Shown: positions 1 through 10,496, counted from the first letter of the stretch. The stretch is DNA of 64,000 nucleotides from Minisyncoccota bacterium (GCA_041664285.1 JBAYLA010000001.1:138092-202091), one strand, 5' to 3'. The notes: generated by a model from the letters alone, not told the origin. Made by a program: numbers and translations.

Positions 1-1
1 A

Positions 2-700
2 ATTGCTAAGATTGGTGCTACCTTTTTCCCCGAAAAAGTTATTATTCGTTTTTCTGATTTCAAGACGAATGAATATCGTACATTGTTGGGTGGTGAGTTG
101 TATGAACCTCATGAAGAGAATCCGATGTTGGGATGGCGTGGAGCTTCTCGATATTACGATCCTAAATTCAAAGAATCGTTTAGCCTAGAATGTCAGGCAA
201 TGAAAATTGTCCGAGAGGATATGGGGCTTACTAATGTGATTCCAATGATTCCATTTTGTCGAACTCCAGAGGAGGGGAAAAATGTAATAGAAGTAATGAA
301 AGAATTTGGTCTAGATCGTGCCAAAGACAGCTCTCTTCATATTTATGTAATGTGTGAGATACCTTCCAATATTCTTCTAGCAGATGAATATCTAGAAATT
401 TTTGACGGAATGTCTATTGGCTCCAACGATTTGACTCAGCTCACTCTCGGGCTTGATCGTGATTCTGGAATAGTCACTCATATTGCCAACGAAAATAATC
501 CTGCAGTGAAAAAGCTTATCGCAGAAATCATTCACAAATGCAAAGAAAAAGGTAAGTACATAGGTATTTGTGGTCAAGCACCTTCAGACTATCCAGACTT
601 TGCAGAGTTCCTTGAAGAGGAAGGAATAGAAAGCATGTCTCTAAATCCTGACACGATTATTAAAATAATCATGGCGTTGAGTGAGAACGAAAAAAAATAA
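2..700 (+). CDS. ppsA: Phosphoenolpyruvate synthase, C-terminal part (5'-truncated by window)
   Basis: Frame open from base 2 (IAKIGATFFPEKVIIRFSDFKTNEY); motifs EENPMLGWRGASRY, MCEIPSN, SIGSNDLTQL, GICGQAPSD. Confidence 0.95.
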   Translation: MAKIGATFFPEKVIIRFSDFKTNEYRTLLGGELYEPHEENPMLGWRGASRYYDPKFKESFSLECQAMKIVREDMGLTNVIPMIPFCRTPEEGKNVIEVMKEFGLDRAKDSSLHIYVMCEIPSNILLADEYLEIFDGMSIGSNDLTQLTLGLDRDSGIVTHIANENNPAVKKLIAEIIHKCKEKGKYIGICGQAPSDYPDFAEFLEEEGIESMSLNPDTIIKIIMALSENEKK

Positions 701-709
701 AAATCTCTG

Positions 710-791
710 TGCTGGGAGGGAGACTCGAACTCCCAAGGGTTGCCCCACTAGTTCCTAAGACTAGCGCGTATACCAATTCCGCCATCCCAGC
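710..791 (-). tRNA. tRNA-Leu(UAG)
   Basis: GCTGGGA/TCCCAGC acceptor stem, CTAGT-CTTAGGA-ACTAG anticodon arm, long variable arm, TTCGA T-loop. Confidence 0.95.
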
Positions 792-854
792 AATTTCAAA
801 ATTTCGCCTCGTCCACGTTAGAAATTTCCAATAGTGGAAATTTCTTTACGCGTG

Positions 855-927
855 TCCGCCCTGGAGGGATCGAACCTCCGACCTTATCCTTAAGAGGGAT
901 CTGCTCTACCAGCTGAGCTAAGGGCGG
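855..927 (-). tRNA. tRNA-Lys(CUU)
   Basis: CCGCCCT acceptor, TAGCTCAGCTGGTAGAGC D-arm, CT-CTT-AA loop, GGTTCGATCC. Confidence 0.9.
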
Positions 928-1024
928 GTATATGATTTATCAAAAACAACTTTATATTATTTAACAATCTAACGACCTACCAAAACAGCTAAGGGCGGTT
1001 ACTAAATCTTGCCTTGTGCAAGTG

Positions 1025-1106
1025 TGCCCGGAGTGGGAATCGAACCCACATCCCTTGCGAGACACGATTTTAAGTCGTGCGCGTATACCAGTTCCGCCAT
1101 CCGGGC
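1025..1106 (-). tRNA. tRNA-Leu(UAA)
   Basis: GCCCGGA acceptor, CACGA-CTTAAAA-TCGTG anticodon arm, long variable arm. Confidence 0.95.
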
Positions 1107-1138
1107 AAACATTCTAAAATATTTTAACATACTTTAGA

Positions 1139-1213
1139 TGGAGGCCTGGGTGGGAATCGCACCCACGTATATTCCTTTTGCAGAGGAATGCCTTACTACT
1201 TGGCTACCAGGCC
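1139..1213 (-). tRNA. tRNA-Cys(GCA), CCA encoded, A18/G55 variant
   Basis: GGCCTGG acceptor, TTCCT-CTGCAAA-AGGAA, U73 discriminator; T-loop TGCGATT. Confidence 0.92.
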
Positions 1214-1250
1214 TTATTTTATTTAATAAAAACTTACTATTTTAAGAAGT

Positions 1251-1574
1251 TTAACCATTTCGAAGCAATTCGTCAATTTTCTGTCTGTTTTTTTCTCCTT
1301 GATCTATGGCTACATCTAGAAAAGGAATTGTCTTTATCTCTATGTTCTTTTTGATAAATCCTCGCAATTCTCCAAGGTTTCGTTTTATAAATCCTAGTGC
1401 ATCTTTCTCTTTATTAGAAGGAAGAACGGTGATGAATATGGTTGCCTTTTTTAGATCAGGGGAGCAAGAGGTGGAAATAACAGTAATGAGCGAAGTTCTA
1501 TTATTTTCTCTTCCTAAAAATTGAGCCGCCAATTCTTTTATTTGATTTGCTACTTTTTCGTTTCTCTGTATCAT
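1251..1574 (-). CDS. rbfA: Ribosome-binding factor A
   Basis: R-EKVA, SPDLKKATIF, IPFL motifs; directly after infB. Confidence 0.9.
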   Translation of the reverse strand: MIQRNEKVANQIKELAAQFLGRENNRTSLITVISTSCSPDLKKATIFITVLPSNKEKDALGFIKRNLGELRGFIKKNIEIKTIPFLDVAIDQGEKNRQKIDELLRNG

Positions 1575-3103
1575 TTTTGTGTTATTGAAAAGGACTCCAA
1601 TATATCTCCAGCTACAACTTCTATTTTTGATTCAATCATCATGCCAAATTCAGAACCTTCTTCGACGGTACTTGTTTTTATTTTATTTTTTTCTAAATTG
1701 ATTATTTTAGCTCGGCCGATCTCAAATTCTCGACGCATTATTTTTACTGTACTATTTAAGTTTATCTGTCCTTCTACAACCTTACCTCCCACTATTTGGC
1801 GTTCCTTGGTGCGACTAAAAGCTCTGATAATTTTTGCCCGGCCCACTACCTCTGTGGTTTCAATTTTTGGTCTTCTTTCTTCCATTTGTGTTTCTAGCCA
1901 TTCAGTCATTTTGTAAATAATTTCAAAGAAGGAAATTGTAATTCCTCTCTTTTCTGCGATTTCCATGGCACTACTGTCCGCTTTAACATTAAATCCGATA
2001 ACCAATGCATCAACACCACAAGAAACTCCCTTTATGTCAGATTCAGAAATTGGTCCGATACCCTTACTGACAATTTTAAATTCAGCATTTTGGATTTCGC
2101 TTTTATTTTGTATTTTAGTGATTTCTTTTTCGATGGCTTCAAGAGAACCAGAAACATCGGCTTTTAATATTATTGGTATTATTTTTTTATTTATTTCCTC
2201 TGATTTAGAAGTTTTTTCTTTGAGAGAAGGGACCACTTTTAAATTTTTCCAATTTTCTATTTCTTCTACGGCATCTCCCTTTTTTTGAAAAGTTTTAAAC
2301 TGCGCACCTACTCTTGGCATTTTATCAAATCCGACAATGCGGATAGGGGAAGAGAAAGTTGCTTCGCTTATCATTTTTCCTAGAAAATTTTCTATTATTC
2401 GCGTAGAACACATAGTATCTTCAACTACGACAGTCGTTCCTTTTTTAACGGATCCATTTTTGATAACCAAGGTAGCCATTATCCCACGCCTAGAATCTAA
2501 ATTTACTTCAATGACAAAACCAGAAGCAGGCAGAGCACTATCTCCGGTTAAATTTTCCATTTCTGCTAGAATTAAAATAATCGAGAGTAAATCGTTTACT
2601 CCAGTGCCAACTTTTGCGGAAATTTCTACGAAAGGAATTTTGCCTCCATAATTTTCTAAATAAATTTCATTTTCTGCCAGTTCCGTTTTTGTTTTTTCAA
2701 CATTAGCATCGGCTTTATCTATTTTATTTATCGCGACAATGCATGGGATACCGGATTCTACAATAGTTTTCCAAGCTTCAATTGTTTGTGGTTTTACTCC
2801 TTCAGAAGCGGAAACGACTAAGATAGCAATATCAGCTATTTCTGCACCACGTTCTCGCATTTTTGAAAAGGCTTCGTGTCCTGGGGTATCTAGAAAAGTG
2901 ATTATTTTATCTTGCTTATTTTCATCCAGATGGACAACTTCGTAAGCGGAAAGTCTCTGAGTTATTCCTCCAACTTCATTTTCAGTAATAGCTGTTTTTC
3001 TTATGTAGTCAAGCAAGGTTGATTTACCATGATCAATGTGACCCATTATCACTACCACTGGTGGCCTTGCCACTATATTTTGTTTTTTATTATTTTGTTC
3101 CAT
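1571..3103 (-). CDS. infB: Translation initiation factor IF-2 (short form, no N-domain)
   Basis: RPPVVVIMGHIDHGKS, GGITQ, DTPGHEAF, NKID. Confidence 0.97.
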   Translation of the reverse strand: MEQNNKKQNIVARPPVVVIMGHIDHGKSTLLDYIRKTAITENEVGGITQRLSAYEVVHLDENKQDKIITFLDTPGHEAFSKMRERGAEIADIAILVVSASEGVKPQTIEAWKTIVESGIPCIVAINKIDKADANVEKTKTELAENEIYLENYGGKIPFVEISAKVGTGVNDLLSIILILAEMENLTGDSALPASGFVIEVNLDSRRGIMATLVIKNGSVKKGTTVVVEDTMCSTRIIENFLGKMISEATFSSPIRIVGFDKMPRVGAQFKTFQKKGDAVEEIENWKNLKVVPSLKEKTSKSEEINKKIIPIILKADVSGSLEAIEKEITKIQNKSEIQNAEFKIVSKGIGPISESDIKGVSCGVDALVIGFNVKADSSAMEIAEKRGITISFFEIIYKMTEWLETQMEERRPKIETTEVVGRAKIIRAFSRTKERQIVGGKVVEGQINLNSTVKIMRREFEIGRAKIINLEKNKIKTSTVEEGSEFGMMIESKIEVVAGDILESFSITQK

Positions 3104-3107
3104 TGCT

Positions 3108-3575
3108 TTATTTTACTTCAGCTTTTTTAAGAGCTTCTTTTTCCTCGGTGGTTAGCTCATATTCCGAATTTCCTTTTTTAATAGGTTTAGCAAAGATGCT
3201 CATTCGTTCACGAGAATATAAACTTGAAATTACCAAACCATCACCTTCTTCATTTAACATCCCAATAGCAAAACTTTGGTTACTACCTTGGTCTGGAAAT
3301 GGATTGAAGCGTATTGTTTCAAGTCCGCGAATGCTTTTTTTCAATTTAGAATTTATGGAAGTAATGTTTTTTTCAATTTCTTCCTTTGCCTTATTTAATT
3401 TACTGATCTCAGCTTCTAGAATGACGATAGTTTCTTCTAAATCTTTTGCTTTTTTACCAAGAAAAAATCTTTTTAGACGTTTTTCGGTGATAATAGCCCA
3501 AATAATGCCCAAAATAAAAAATAAGGCGATAAATGCACTTAAAATAAAAAAAGCAATTTCAAGCTTTGTATTCAT
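3108..3575 (-). CDS. DUF4446-like membrane-anchored coiled-coil protein
   Basis: N-terminal TM, coiled coil, RFNPF..QSFAI..G.VISSLYSR..ELT.EEKEAL. Confidence 0.8.
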   Translation of the reverse strand: MNTKLEIAFFILSAFIALFFILGIIWAIITEKRLKRFFLGKKAKDLEETIVILEAEISKLNKAKEEIEKNITSINSKLKKSIRGLETIRFNPFPDQGSNQSFAIGMLNEEGDGLVISSLYSRERMSIFAKPIKKGNSEYELTTEEKEALKKAEVK

Positions 3576-3599
3576 ATGATTTCAATATATACTATTTTT

Positions 3600-4817
3600 A
3601 TGTCGAAATCAATGCAAAAATTGAATAAAATTTACCTTGATTATGCAGCGAGCGTAGAAGCGAATCCTAGCTCTATCCACTCGACTGGCGTAGAAGCAAA
3701 GATAAAACTTCAAAATTCACGCAAAGTTGTCGCTAATATTTTAGGTGCTAGGCCGGAAGAAATAATTTTCACGAGCGGTGGAACAGAAAGCAACAATCTG
3801 GCAATTCAAGGTGTAGTTTTGGCTTGGCATAGAAAAGGGTTGCCACACATTATTACTACCAACATCGAGCATCCTTCAGTATTGAAAACTTTTAAATTAC
3901 TTGAGCAAAGAAAACTTGCGGAGATTTCAGTAATTGCAGTTGAACCAAACGGTATAGTAGATCCAAAAAAAATAAAAAAAGAAATAAAAAAAAATACAAT
4001 ACTTGTTTCAGTAATGTATGCTAATAATGAAATTGGCACTATTCAACCGATAAAAGAAATTGCGAAAGAAATTAGGCACTATAGAAAAATAAGTAAAAAC
4101 TTAACTCTACCAATATTCCACACAGACGCAGTGCAGGCAGTAAATTATTTAGATCTTAGCGTAGAAAAATTGGGTGTAGATTTACTTTCACTTTCTGGTT
4201 CAAAAATAGAAGAAGCCGGCAGGGTTGGAGTTCTTTATAAAAAGAACACAATTAAACTTGAGAAAATATTTGGTGGAGGAGATCAAGAAATGGGGTTACG
4301 TCCAGGAACAGAAAATTTGCCGGAAATTATAAGCTTTTCCAAGGCGCTAAAATTAACGCAAGATATGAAAGAGAAAGAAACAAAACGTTTAACCAAACTT
4401 CGAGATTATTTTATAAGTGAATTTCGCAGAATTATCTTTTTCTCAGGATCTCCTGCTTCGCAACGTCAACCATTCAAAAAAGATAATCCTGCTTCTTTCA
4501 TCATTAACGGGGATTTACAGAATAGATTGCCGAACAATGTAAATATAACTTTTTATAAAATTCCAAGTGATCTTTTGGTTATTGAACTTTCAGTGAAAGG
4601 AATAATGGCATCTTCGAAAAGTGCTTGCGAAAGTTCTAATGCCGAAGGTTCATATGTGATAAAAGCATTACGTAATGAGATGGGCTTGTCCTCCGAAGTT
4701 GGAGCGGGGGAGGGCGGAATGCGTTTTTCAATGGGCCGAAAAACCACCAAAAAAGATATAGATTATACGGTAAAAGCTTTATCTCAAATTTTGACTAAGT
4801 TAAAAAAGTGGTATTGA
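3600..4817 (+). CDS. Cysteine desulfurase (IscS/NifS family)
   Basis: IYLDYAA, NPSS, FTSGGTESNN, HTDAVQA, RPGTEN, SSKSAC, RFSMG; carries an in-frame repeat insertion. Confidence 0.92.
   Translation: MSKSMQKLNKIYLDYAASVEANPSSIHSTGVEAKIKLQNSRKVVANILGARPEEIIFTSGGTESNNLAIQGVVLAWHRKGLPHIITTNIEHPSVLKTFKLLEQRKLAEISVIAVEPNGIVDPKKIKKEIKKNTILVSVMYANNEIGTIQPIKEIAKEIRHYRKISKNLTLPIFHTDAVQAVNYLDLSVEKLGVDLLSLSGSKIEEAGRVGVLYKKNTIKLEKIFGGGDQEMGLRPGTENLPEIISFSKALKLTQDMKEKETKRLTKLRDYFISEFRRIIFFSGSPASQRQPFKKDNPASFIINGDLQNRLPNNVNITFYKIPSDLLVIELSVKGIMASSKSACESSNAEGSYVIKALRNEMGLSSEVGAGEGGMRFSMGRKTTKKDIDYTVKALSQILTKLKKWY
4426..4492 (+). repeat. Family B palindromic repeat, in frame inside cysteine desulfurase
   Basis: Core TCAGGATCTCCTGCTTCGCAACGTCAACCATT inside inverted arms gcagaattatcttttt / aaaaagataatcctgc. 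Confidence 0.88.
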
Positions 4818-4842
4818 CAAAAGCCTTTATGGGGTATATAAT
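4814..4842 (+). promoter_or_regulatory. Consensus sigma70 promoter for the 4931 gene
   Basis: TTGACA-17 bp-TATAAT; AAGGAG SD before ATG 4931. Confidence 0.8.
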
Positions 4843-4930
4843 TTAAGAGTAAAAAGAAAGTTTTTTGAAATTTTTATAAAATACGAAGCAATGGAGCTTC
4901 GTAAGCCTAAGTAAAAAAGGAGAAAAAACA

Positions 4931-5422
4931 ATGGATCAAGATTGTACTTTTGTAAAACGCGTTTGGGGTGACCGTCGGTGTGAACTCGCAGCAACGGATG
5001 GCAAGGAGACTCTTGCGGAAGCAAGGGATGTATTTATGATTATCGATAGTAGTATAAAGCCTCGAGTTAGTCAGATTAAGGCAACTCCTGTAACTCCCTT
5101 CACCATCTATCGAAAGTGTAAAGATGGGACACATGCTCAGGTTTTTAGTAGTTTTGGTGTAGACATGAAAAAGCTTTTATGGGAAGAAGAAAGTCAAATT
5201 ATAGCTTTCTCTCGCGACTATCGCGAAATTATGATTCAAGAGGACGTCAATAGTGGATTTTTCTTTCCCCTTAAAGATGATGGGGGATTCTCTGTTGTAA
5301 GTGTATTCGTGCGAAAAGGAGGTCTTTCTTTACACAAAGATTTGTTGTCTTACGAGGGTATATGGAAGGATGACGAAGAGTATAATTATTGTTATTTCTC
5401 TGTAATTCCTATGGTTCCTTAG
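4931..5422 (+). CDS. Hypothetical protein (163 aa)
   Basis: ORF with perfect promoter and SD; no family recognised. Confidence 0.7.
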   Translation: MDQDCTFVKRVWGDRRCELAATDGKETLAEARDVFMIIDSSIKPRVSQIKATPVTPFTIYRKCKDGTHAQVFSSFGVDMKKLLWEEESQIIAFSRDYREIMIQEDVNSGFFFPLKDDGGFSVVSVFVRKGGLSLHKDLLSYEGIWKDDEEYNYCYFSVIPMVP

Positions 5423-5615
5423 TTTTATTATAAGCCATTTCTCTGTTCGATTATGAAAAACCGAACTGGAGGGACGGTTTTTCATTTTGCCAATTTGAAA
5501 CTTTTTACCTTTTAAACTTATAAAAAATTTTGAATAAATTAAAAAAGTGGTATTAAAGCACTGCGATTTTGAAAGCTTTTGCAAAGATAAAAAATTGGGA
5601 GTATAATTACAGAAT

Positions 5616-6401
5616 ATGGACATTAAGGAATTAAATAAAACTCAACTTATATTATTGGCTATATTACTTAGTTTTATTACTTCCATAGCTACTGGTATAA
5701 CCACTGTGACTTTGATGCAACAGGCACCAGTCTCTTTCACCGCACCGATTAATCGCGTCGTTCAACAAACAATTGAAAAGATTCAGCAAGTGGAAGGAAA
5801 GACTACAGTGCAAACAGTAGTTGTGAAAGAAGAAGATTTAGTCGTGGATGCAATTGCAAAAAATCAATCCGCTGTTTTTTCTATAATTAAAGAAACCCAA
5901 GATTTAACTGGGGCAACCGTTGAAGTTGGAGCCGGACGGGGATTCGCAGTTTCTACTGATGGAATTATTGTGGCTGATGCTTTATCTGTTCCAGATAAAG
6001 GAGTTTATTATGTAAAAAATGATAGTGGAAAATTCAAAGCCGATTTTGTTTCTACCGATAAAGCGGGATTTTCTTTTCTGAACATAGGAGCCTCTGTCAA
6101 CGGTAAGGACAAACTTGTTTTCACTGTACCCGCCTTTGGAGATTTAGATAAAATGAAAACAGGACAGAAGGTTTTAGTTTTTGGTAGTAATATCTCTTCT
6201 TCTATTTTTGAAGGAGATAAAGATGTTAATATAAATGTTACAAAATCAAATACCGGAGGATTGGTCCTTAATTTAGACGGAGAAGCCCTTGGAATTGCTC
6301 TCTTTAGCGATACGACGAATTTTGCTTCAATCAAAACTATTAATGATGCCTTGAAAGCAATAACGCCTGCAAAGACAGACGTTACTTCTCCTAAAATCTA
6401 A
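5616..6401 (+). CDS. Membrane-anchored HtrA/trypsin-like protein with degenerate catalytic motifs
   Basis: N-terminal TM; G.GFAVSTDGIIVAD and GGLVLNLDGEALGI trypsin-fold motifs; TNAH and GNSGG replaced by VADA and SNTGG. Confidence 0.7.
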   Translation: MDIKELNKTQLILLAILLSFITSIATGITTVTLMQQAPVSFTAPINRVVQQTIEKIQQVEGKTTVQTVVVKEEDLVVDAIAKNQSAVFSIIKETQDLTGATVEVGAGRGFAVSTDGIIVADALSVPDKGVYYVKNDSGKFKADFVSTDKAGFSFLNIGASVNGKDKLVFTVPAFGDLDKMKTGQKVLVFGSNISSSIFEGDKDVNINVTKSNTGGLVLNLDGEALGIALFSDTTNFASIKTINDALKAITPAKTDVTSPKI

Positions 6402-6441
6402 TAATATTTTTTACACTTGACACGTAGTGTATAATATAAAT

Positions 6442-9141
6442 ATGCCTCCATTGAATAAATTTACAACTAAAGCTAAAGACGCTATTAAGAAAGCCCATGA
6501 GCTGGCTATTGAACGTGGAGTAAACCATGTTTCTTCGCTTCATTTGCTTGGTGCGCTCTTACTGCAAGATGAATCAATGGTAAATTCGATTTTAGATAAA
6601 TTGGAAATTGACACCATGCTTTTAACAGATTCTGTTTTAGAATTAATTGAATTACCAGAATCACGTAGCACTATTTCACCGTCTTATCAGATTTATCTAA
6701 ACCCTGACTTGGCACAAGTTATTGAACAGTCAGCAAAATTAGCGGAATATATGAAAGATGATTTTGTTTCAACCGAACATCTTTTTATTGCTATCTTGGA
6801 AGTTACTAGCGAAGCCCGAGAAACTCTCGCGCGATTTAGAATTCACAAAGATCAAGTGATGAAAGTTTTAGAGCAACTTCGCAGTCAAAATATTACCGAC
6901 GTTTCTGAACCAAAGAAATTTAAATTATTAATAAAATATACTCGTAATTTAACCAAATTAGCCAAAGAAGATAAATTAGATCCAGTGATTGGTCGTGACA
7001 ATGAAATCACTCGTATCATGCAGATACTTTCGCGTCGAACAAAGAATAATCCAATTTTAATAGGCGAAGCTGGAACTGGCAAAACTGCAGTGGTGGAGGG
7101 GCTCGCTCAAATGATTATAAAAAATAATGTTCCCGAATCTCTAAAAGACAAAGAAGTTGTTTCACTTGATTTAGGATTACTGGTGGCTGGGACAAAATAT
7201 CGTGGAGAGTTTGAAGAGAGGTTGAAGGGGATTATGAAAGAAATTGAACGATCTGATGGAAAAATAATTCTTTTTATTGATGAAATACATACAATCGTTG
7301 GGGCTGGGGGAGCAGAGGGTACGATGGATGCTTCGAACATGTTGAAGCCGGCACTTTCTCGTGGAGAACTTCGAGCTATTGGCGCGACGACCCTGCGAGA
7401 ATATCAAAAACATATTGAAAAGGATCCTGCTCTAGCTCGTCGTTTTCAGCCAGTTTATATCGATGAACCTGGAATAGAAGATGCTGTAGCTATTCTTCGT
7501 GGTCTCAAAGAGAGATATGAACTTTTTCACGGAGTTAGAATTACCGATGACGCAATAGTTTCGGCTGTGAATCTTTCTTCTCGATATATCACAAACAGAT
7601 TTTTACCAGACAAAGCGGTTGATTTAATAGACGAAGCTTCTTCTTCCTTGAAAATAATGCTTGAGAATAAACCTCCAGTTTTAGAAGATGCCCATAGAAA
7701 AATAATGCGTCTAGAAATTGAAAAAGAAGCTCTGAAAAAAGAAATTAATTCTAAAGGAGAAGAGACAAAAGATAAACAAAAGGACAAAGAAATAAAAAGT
7801 AGAATTAAAGAAATTGATAAAGAAATAGGTAATTTAACCGAAAAAACAAAAGAACTTGAATTAAAATGGGCTAATGAAAAGCAAACTGTGGTTGAAATTC
7901 GAGCTATTAAGAAAGAAATAGAAACTATTCGCCTGGAGGCTGAAGACGCAGAAACAAAAGCCGACCTTTCAAAAGCAGCTGAAATACGTTATGGAAAAAT
8001 TCCGACATTACAAAAAGAACTTGAAGTAAAACTGGCGCGACTAAAAAAATTACAAAAATCACGCAGAATTTTAAAAGAAGAAATTACGGTTGAAGATATT
8101 GCCGAAGTGGTTTCTCGTTGGACAGGTATTCCTCTTACCAAAATGCTTGAAGGAGAGCGTGCCAAACTTGAGAAAATGGAACAAGAACTGAAGAAACGAG
8201 TCTTGGGTCAAGACGAGGCGATAAAACGTGTTGCAGACGTAATTAGGCGTTCTCGTGCGGGTATTTCGGATCCAAACAGACCAATTGGCTCCTTTATCTT
8301 TTTAGGTCCGACTGGAGTTGGTAAGACAGAACTTACTAAGACAATCGGTCAGTTTTTATTTGACGATGAAAGTGCAATTATCCGAGTTGATATGTCTGAA
8401 TACACAGAGAGACATTCAATGTCTAAACTCATTGGTTCTCCTCCTGGATATGTGGGTTATGATGAGTCCGGTCAGCTGACAGAGGCTGTTCGCCATAGGC
8501 CTTATGCAGTTATACTATTTGATGAAATTGAAAAAGCTCATCCAGAAGTTTTCAATATCCTTCTACAGGTTATTGATGAAGGACGCTTGACCGATGGAAA
8601 AGGAAGAGTAGTTAATTTCAAAAATACTATTATAATTTTGACTTCTAATATCGGTTCACAATTTGTAGAAAAAATGGAATCAATTGGATTTTCTAATAAT
8701 TCTCAAAAACAAGATTACAGTAACATGAAAGAAAAAGTGATGGAAGCGCTGAAAGAAAATTTCCGTCCAGAATTTTTGAATCGCCTAGACGAGGTTGTTG
8801 TCTTTGATGTTTTATCAGAAGAAGCTCTCAGGGAAATAGTTAATTTGCGAATCCAAGTAGTTGCTGATCGTCTGAAGAGTAAAGGGATAAATTTTGGAAT
8901 TTCTGACGAAGCCCTGTCTCTTTTGGCTAAAGAAGGTTACGATCCACATTTTGGTGCGAGACCCCTTAATCGTTTAATTCAGAGCAAGATTTTAAATTCA
9001 GTTGCTACTTTTATAATTTCAAACAAAGTCTCAAAAGGGGATACTGTTTATGTTTCGGTAAAAAATAAAGAATTTGTGATTGAAGCCAAAAAGGGCAAAA
9101 TTAAAAGTTCTATTCGAGTCCGAACTCCTTTGTCGACTTAG
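6442..9141 (+). CDS. clpB: ATP-dependent chaperone ClpB
   Basis: Two AAA+ modules ([16 protein letters not shown]), middle coiled coil with AAEIRYG. Confidence 0.95.
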   Translation: MPPLNKFTTKAKDAIKKAHELAIERGVNHVSSLHLLGALLLQDESMVNSILDKLEIDTMLLTDSVLELIELPESRSTISPSYQIYLNPDLAQVIEQSAKLAEYMKDDFVSTEHLFIAILEVTSEARETLARFRIHKDQVMKVLEQLRSQNITDVSEPKKFKLLIKYTRNLTKLAKEDKLDPVIGRDNEITRIMQILSRRTKNNPILIGEAGTGKTAVVEGLAQMIIKNNVPESLKDKEVVSLDLGLLVAGTKYRGEFEERLKGIMKEIERSDGKIILFIDEIHTIVGAGGAEGTMDASNMLKPALSRGELRAIGATTLREYQKHIEKDPALARRFQPVYIDEPGIEDAVAILRGLKERYELFHGVRITDDAIVSAVNLSSRYITNRFLPDKAVDLIDEASSSLKIMLENKPPVLEDAHRKIMRLEIEKEALKKEINSKGEETKDKQKDKEIKSRIKEIDKEIGNLTEKTKELELKWANEKQTVVEIRAIKKEIETIRLEAEDAETKADLSKAAEIRYGKIPTLQKELEVKLARLKKLQKSRRILKEEITVEDIAEVVSRWTGIPLTKMLEGERAKLEKMEQELKKRVLGQDEAIKRVADVIRRSRAGISDPNRPIGSFIFLGPTGVGKTELTKTIGQFLFDDESAIIRVDMSEYTERHSMSKLIGSPPGYVGYDESGQLTEAVRHRPYAVILFDEIEKAHPEVFNILLQVIDEGRLTDGKGRVVNFKNTIIILTSNIGSQFVEKMESIGFSNNSQKQDYSNMKEKVMEALKENFRPEFLNRLDEVVVFDVLSEEALREIVNLRIQVVADRLKSKGINFGISDEALSLLAKEGYDPHFGARPLNRLIQSKILNSVATFIISNKVSKGDTVYVSVKNKEFVIEAKKGKIKSSIRVRTPLST

Positions 9142-9148
9142 ATTTTTG

Positions 9149-9219
9149 TGCGAGTAGGGGGAATCGAACCCCCGTCTAATCCTTGGGAAGGACTCATTCT
9201 ACCACTAAACCATACTCGC
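9149..9219 (-). tRNA. tRNA-Gly(CCC)
   Basis: GCGAGTA acceptor, TT-CCC-AA loop, GGTTCGATTCC. Confidence 0.95.
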
Positions 9220-9264
9220 ATATTATGTTATAATAGCTTATTACAAATTATTTTCAATATTTTT

Positions 9265-9498
9265 ATGCAAAAGGTAACAATTTATTCAACTCCGTCTTGT
9301 CATTTTTGCCATCTGGCGAAAGATTTTTTTACGGCAAATGGTATCGTTTATACAGAGTATAATGTTGCGAGTGATTTAGAAAAAAGAAAAGAAATGATAG
9401 AAAAAAGTGGCCAAATGGGCGTGCCAGTTATAATCATAGGAGATGAAATCACTGTTGGTTTTGATAAGCCCAAGATAGCAAAATTGCTTGGACTTTAA
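9265..9498 (+). CDS. Glutaredoxin/NrdH-like redoxin
   Basis: VTIYSTPSCHFC, GQMGVPVI, VGFD. Confidence 0.92.
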   Translation: MQKVTIYSTPSCHFCHLAKDFFTANGIVYTEYNVASDLEKRKEMIEKSGQMGVPVIIIGDEITVGFDKPKIAKLLGL

Positions 9499-9527
9499 TA
9501 TCCATCTAATATATTATTGCTCTTATA

Positions 9528-9599
9528 GCCCTCGTAGTTCAATGGATAGAACAGTTCCGTCCTAAGGAATAGATGCACGTTCGATTCGTACCGAGGGCA
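9528..9599 (+). tRNA. tRNA-Arg(CCU)
   Basis: GCCCTCG/CGAGGGC acceptor, GT-CCT-AA loop, TTCGATT. Confidence 0.9.
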
Positions 9600-9635
9600 C
9601 AAATTTTAATATTATTTATGTTATAGTACTTCTTT

Positions 9636-10454
9636 ATGGACAAATTGTTTAATAAGACAAATTCATTAGTAGAAACAGATTCTTCGTCGAAGACTATTGC
9701 CTCTAAGCTTTCAGATCTAATTGATTCTGGAGACAGTGTTGATTCAACTGTTTTAATGAGTGCTTTAGAAAAAGAAGAAATTACTCAATATCAATATATT
9801 ACTTTAGCTAATCAGCTTATGAAGAAAGGTGAGTGGACCGAAGACGCTCTTGCCAATGTAGGGAAAAAACTTGGAGATCAAATTGAAGGACTTGGGATTG
9901 ATCCTGTTACTAATCTTATGAGGTCTAATTTTTTAGAAGAAAGATTAGATCGTCTAATAAAAGAGTTAAATTTCAAATTAACCCCAGAAAAGAAACGCAG
10001 CTCTCCTTTATTTGCTGTTATGGTTATAGCTATAGACGTCGATAATTTAAGGATATGGAATACATATGGTCATGCTGTTGGCGACAAAGCATTGCGAATA
10101 ATTGCAGATTCTGTTAAAGAAGTAATTCGAGATGATGACGGTGCATTTCGTTTAGGTGACAAATCGGATGAAATTATAGTAACGATGAGAATTACACAAG
10201 ACCTAGAACCTTCTAAATTAGAAGAAATTTTTCGGCGAGTCAAACATAAATTAAATAGTAAATTTATAGAAATTGATAATATCAAGTTACCAGTTACAGT
10301 TGCTGCAGGGTGTGCAATATTGAAACCAGGAGAATCAAGAAAAAATAAAGAAATAATTCATGCCGCTGACCTAAATCAAGCAACGGACAAAACACTTGAA
10401 GTCAAAGAAGAAAGAATAAAGAAAGCTACAGTAAACTTAAATAAACTAAATTAA
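9636..10454 (+). CDS. GGDEF-domain protein with non-canonical signature
   Basis: DPVTNL, IDVDNL..WN.YGHAVGDKAL, RLGDKSDEI, VTVAAG, AAD. Confidence 0.8.
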   Translation: MDKLFNKTNSLVETDSSSKTIASKLSDLIDSGDSVDSTVLMSALEKEEITQYQYITLANQLMKKGEWTEDALANVGKKLGDQIEGLGIDPVTNLMRSNFLEERLDRLIKELNFKLTPEKKRSSPLFAVMVIAIDVDNLRIWNTYGHAVGDKALRIIADSVKEVIRDDDGAFRLGDKSDEIIVTMRITQDLEPSKLEEIFRRVKHKLNSKFIEIDNIKLPVTVAAGCAILKPGESRKNKEIIHAADLNQATDKTLEVKEERIKKATVNLNKLN

Positions 10455-10496
10455 GCAACCCTTTTAAATTATTTTATTTTGTGCTAAATTAGCTTT

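Noticed and set aside
6410-6436. CIRCE/HrcA operator before clpB
   Set aside because: Only TACACT-N8-AGTGTA is present; it does not match TTAGCACTC-N9-GAGTGCTAA.
9148-9264. N-terminal extensions of glutaredoxin (also the 29766 and 23618 starts)
   Set aside because: They run through tRNA genes or the upstream ORF; downstream ATGs match the domain starts.
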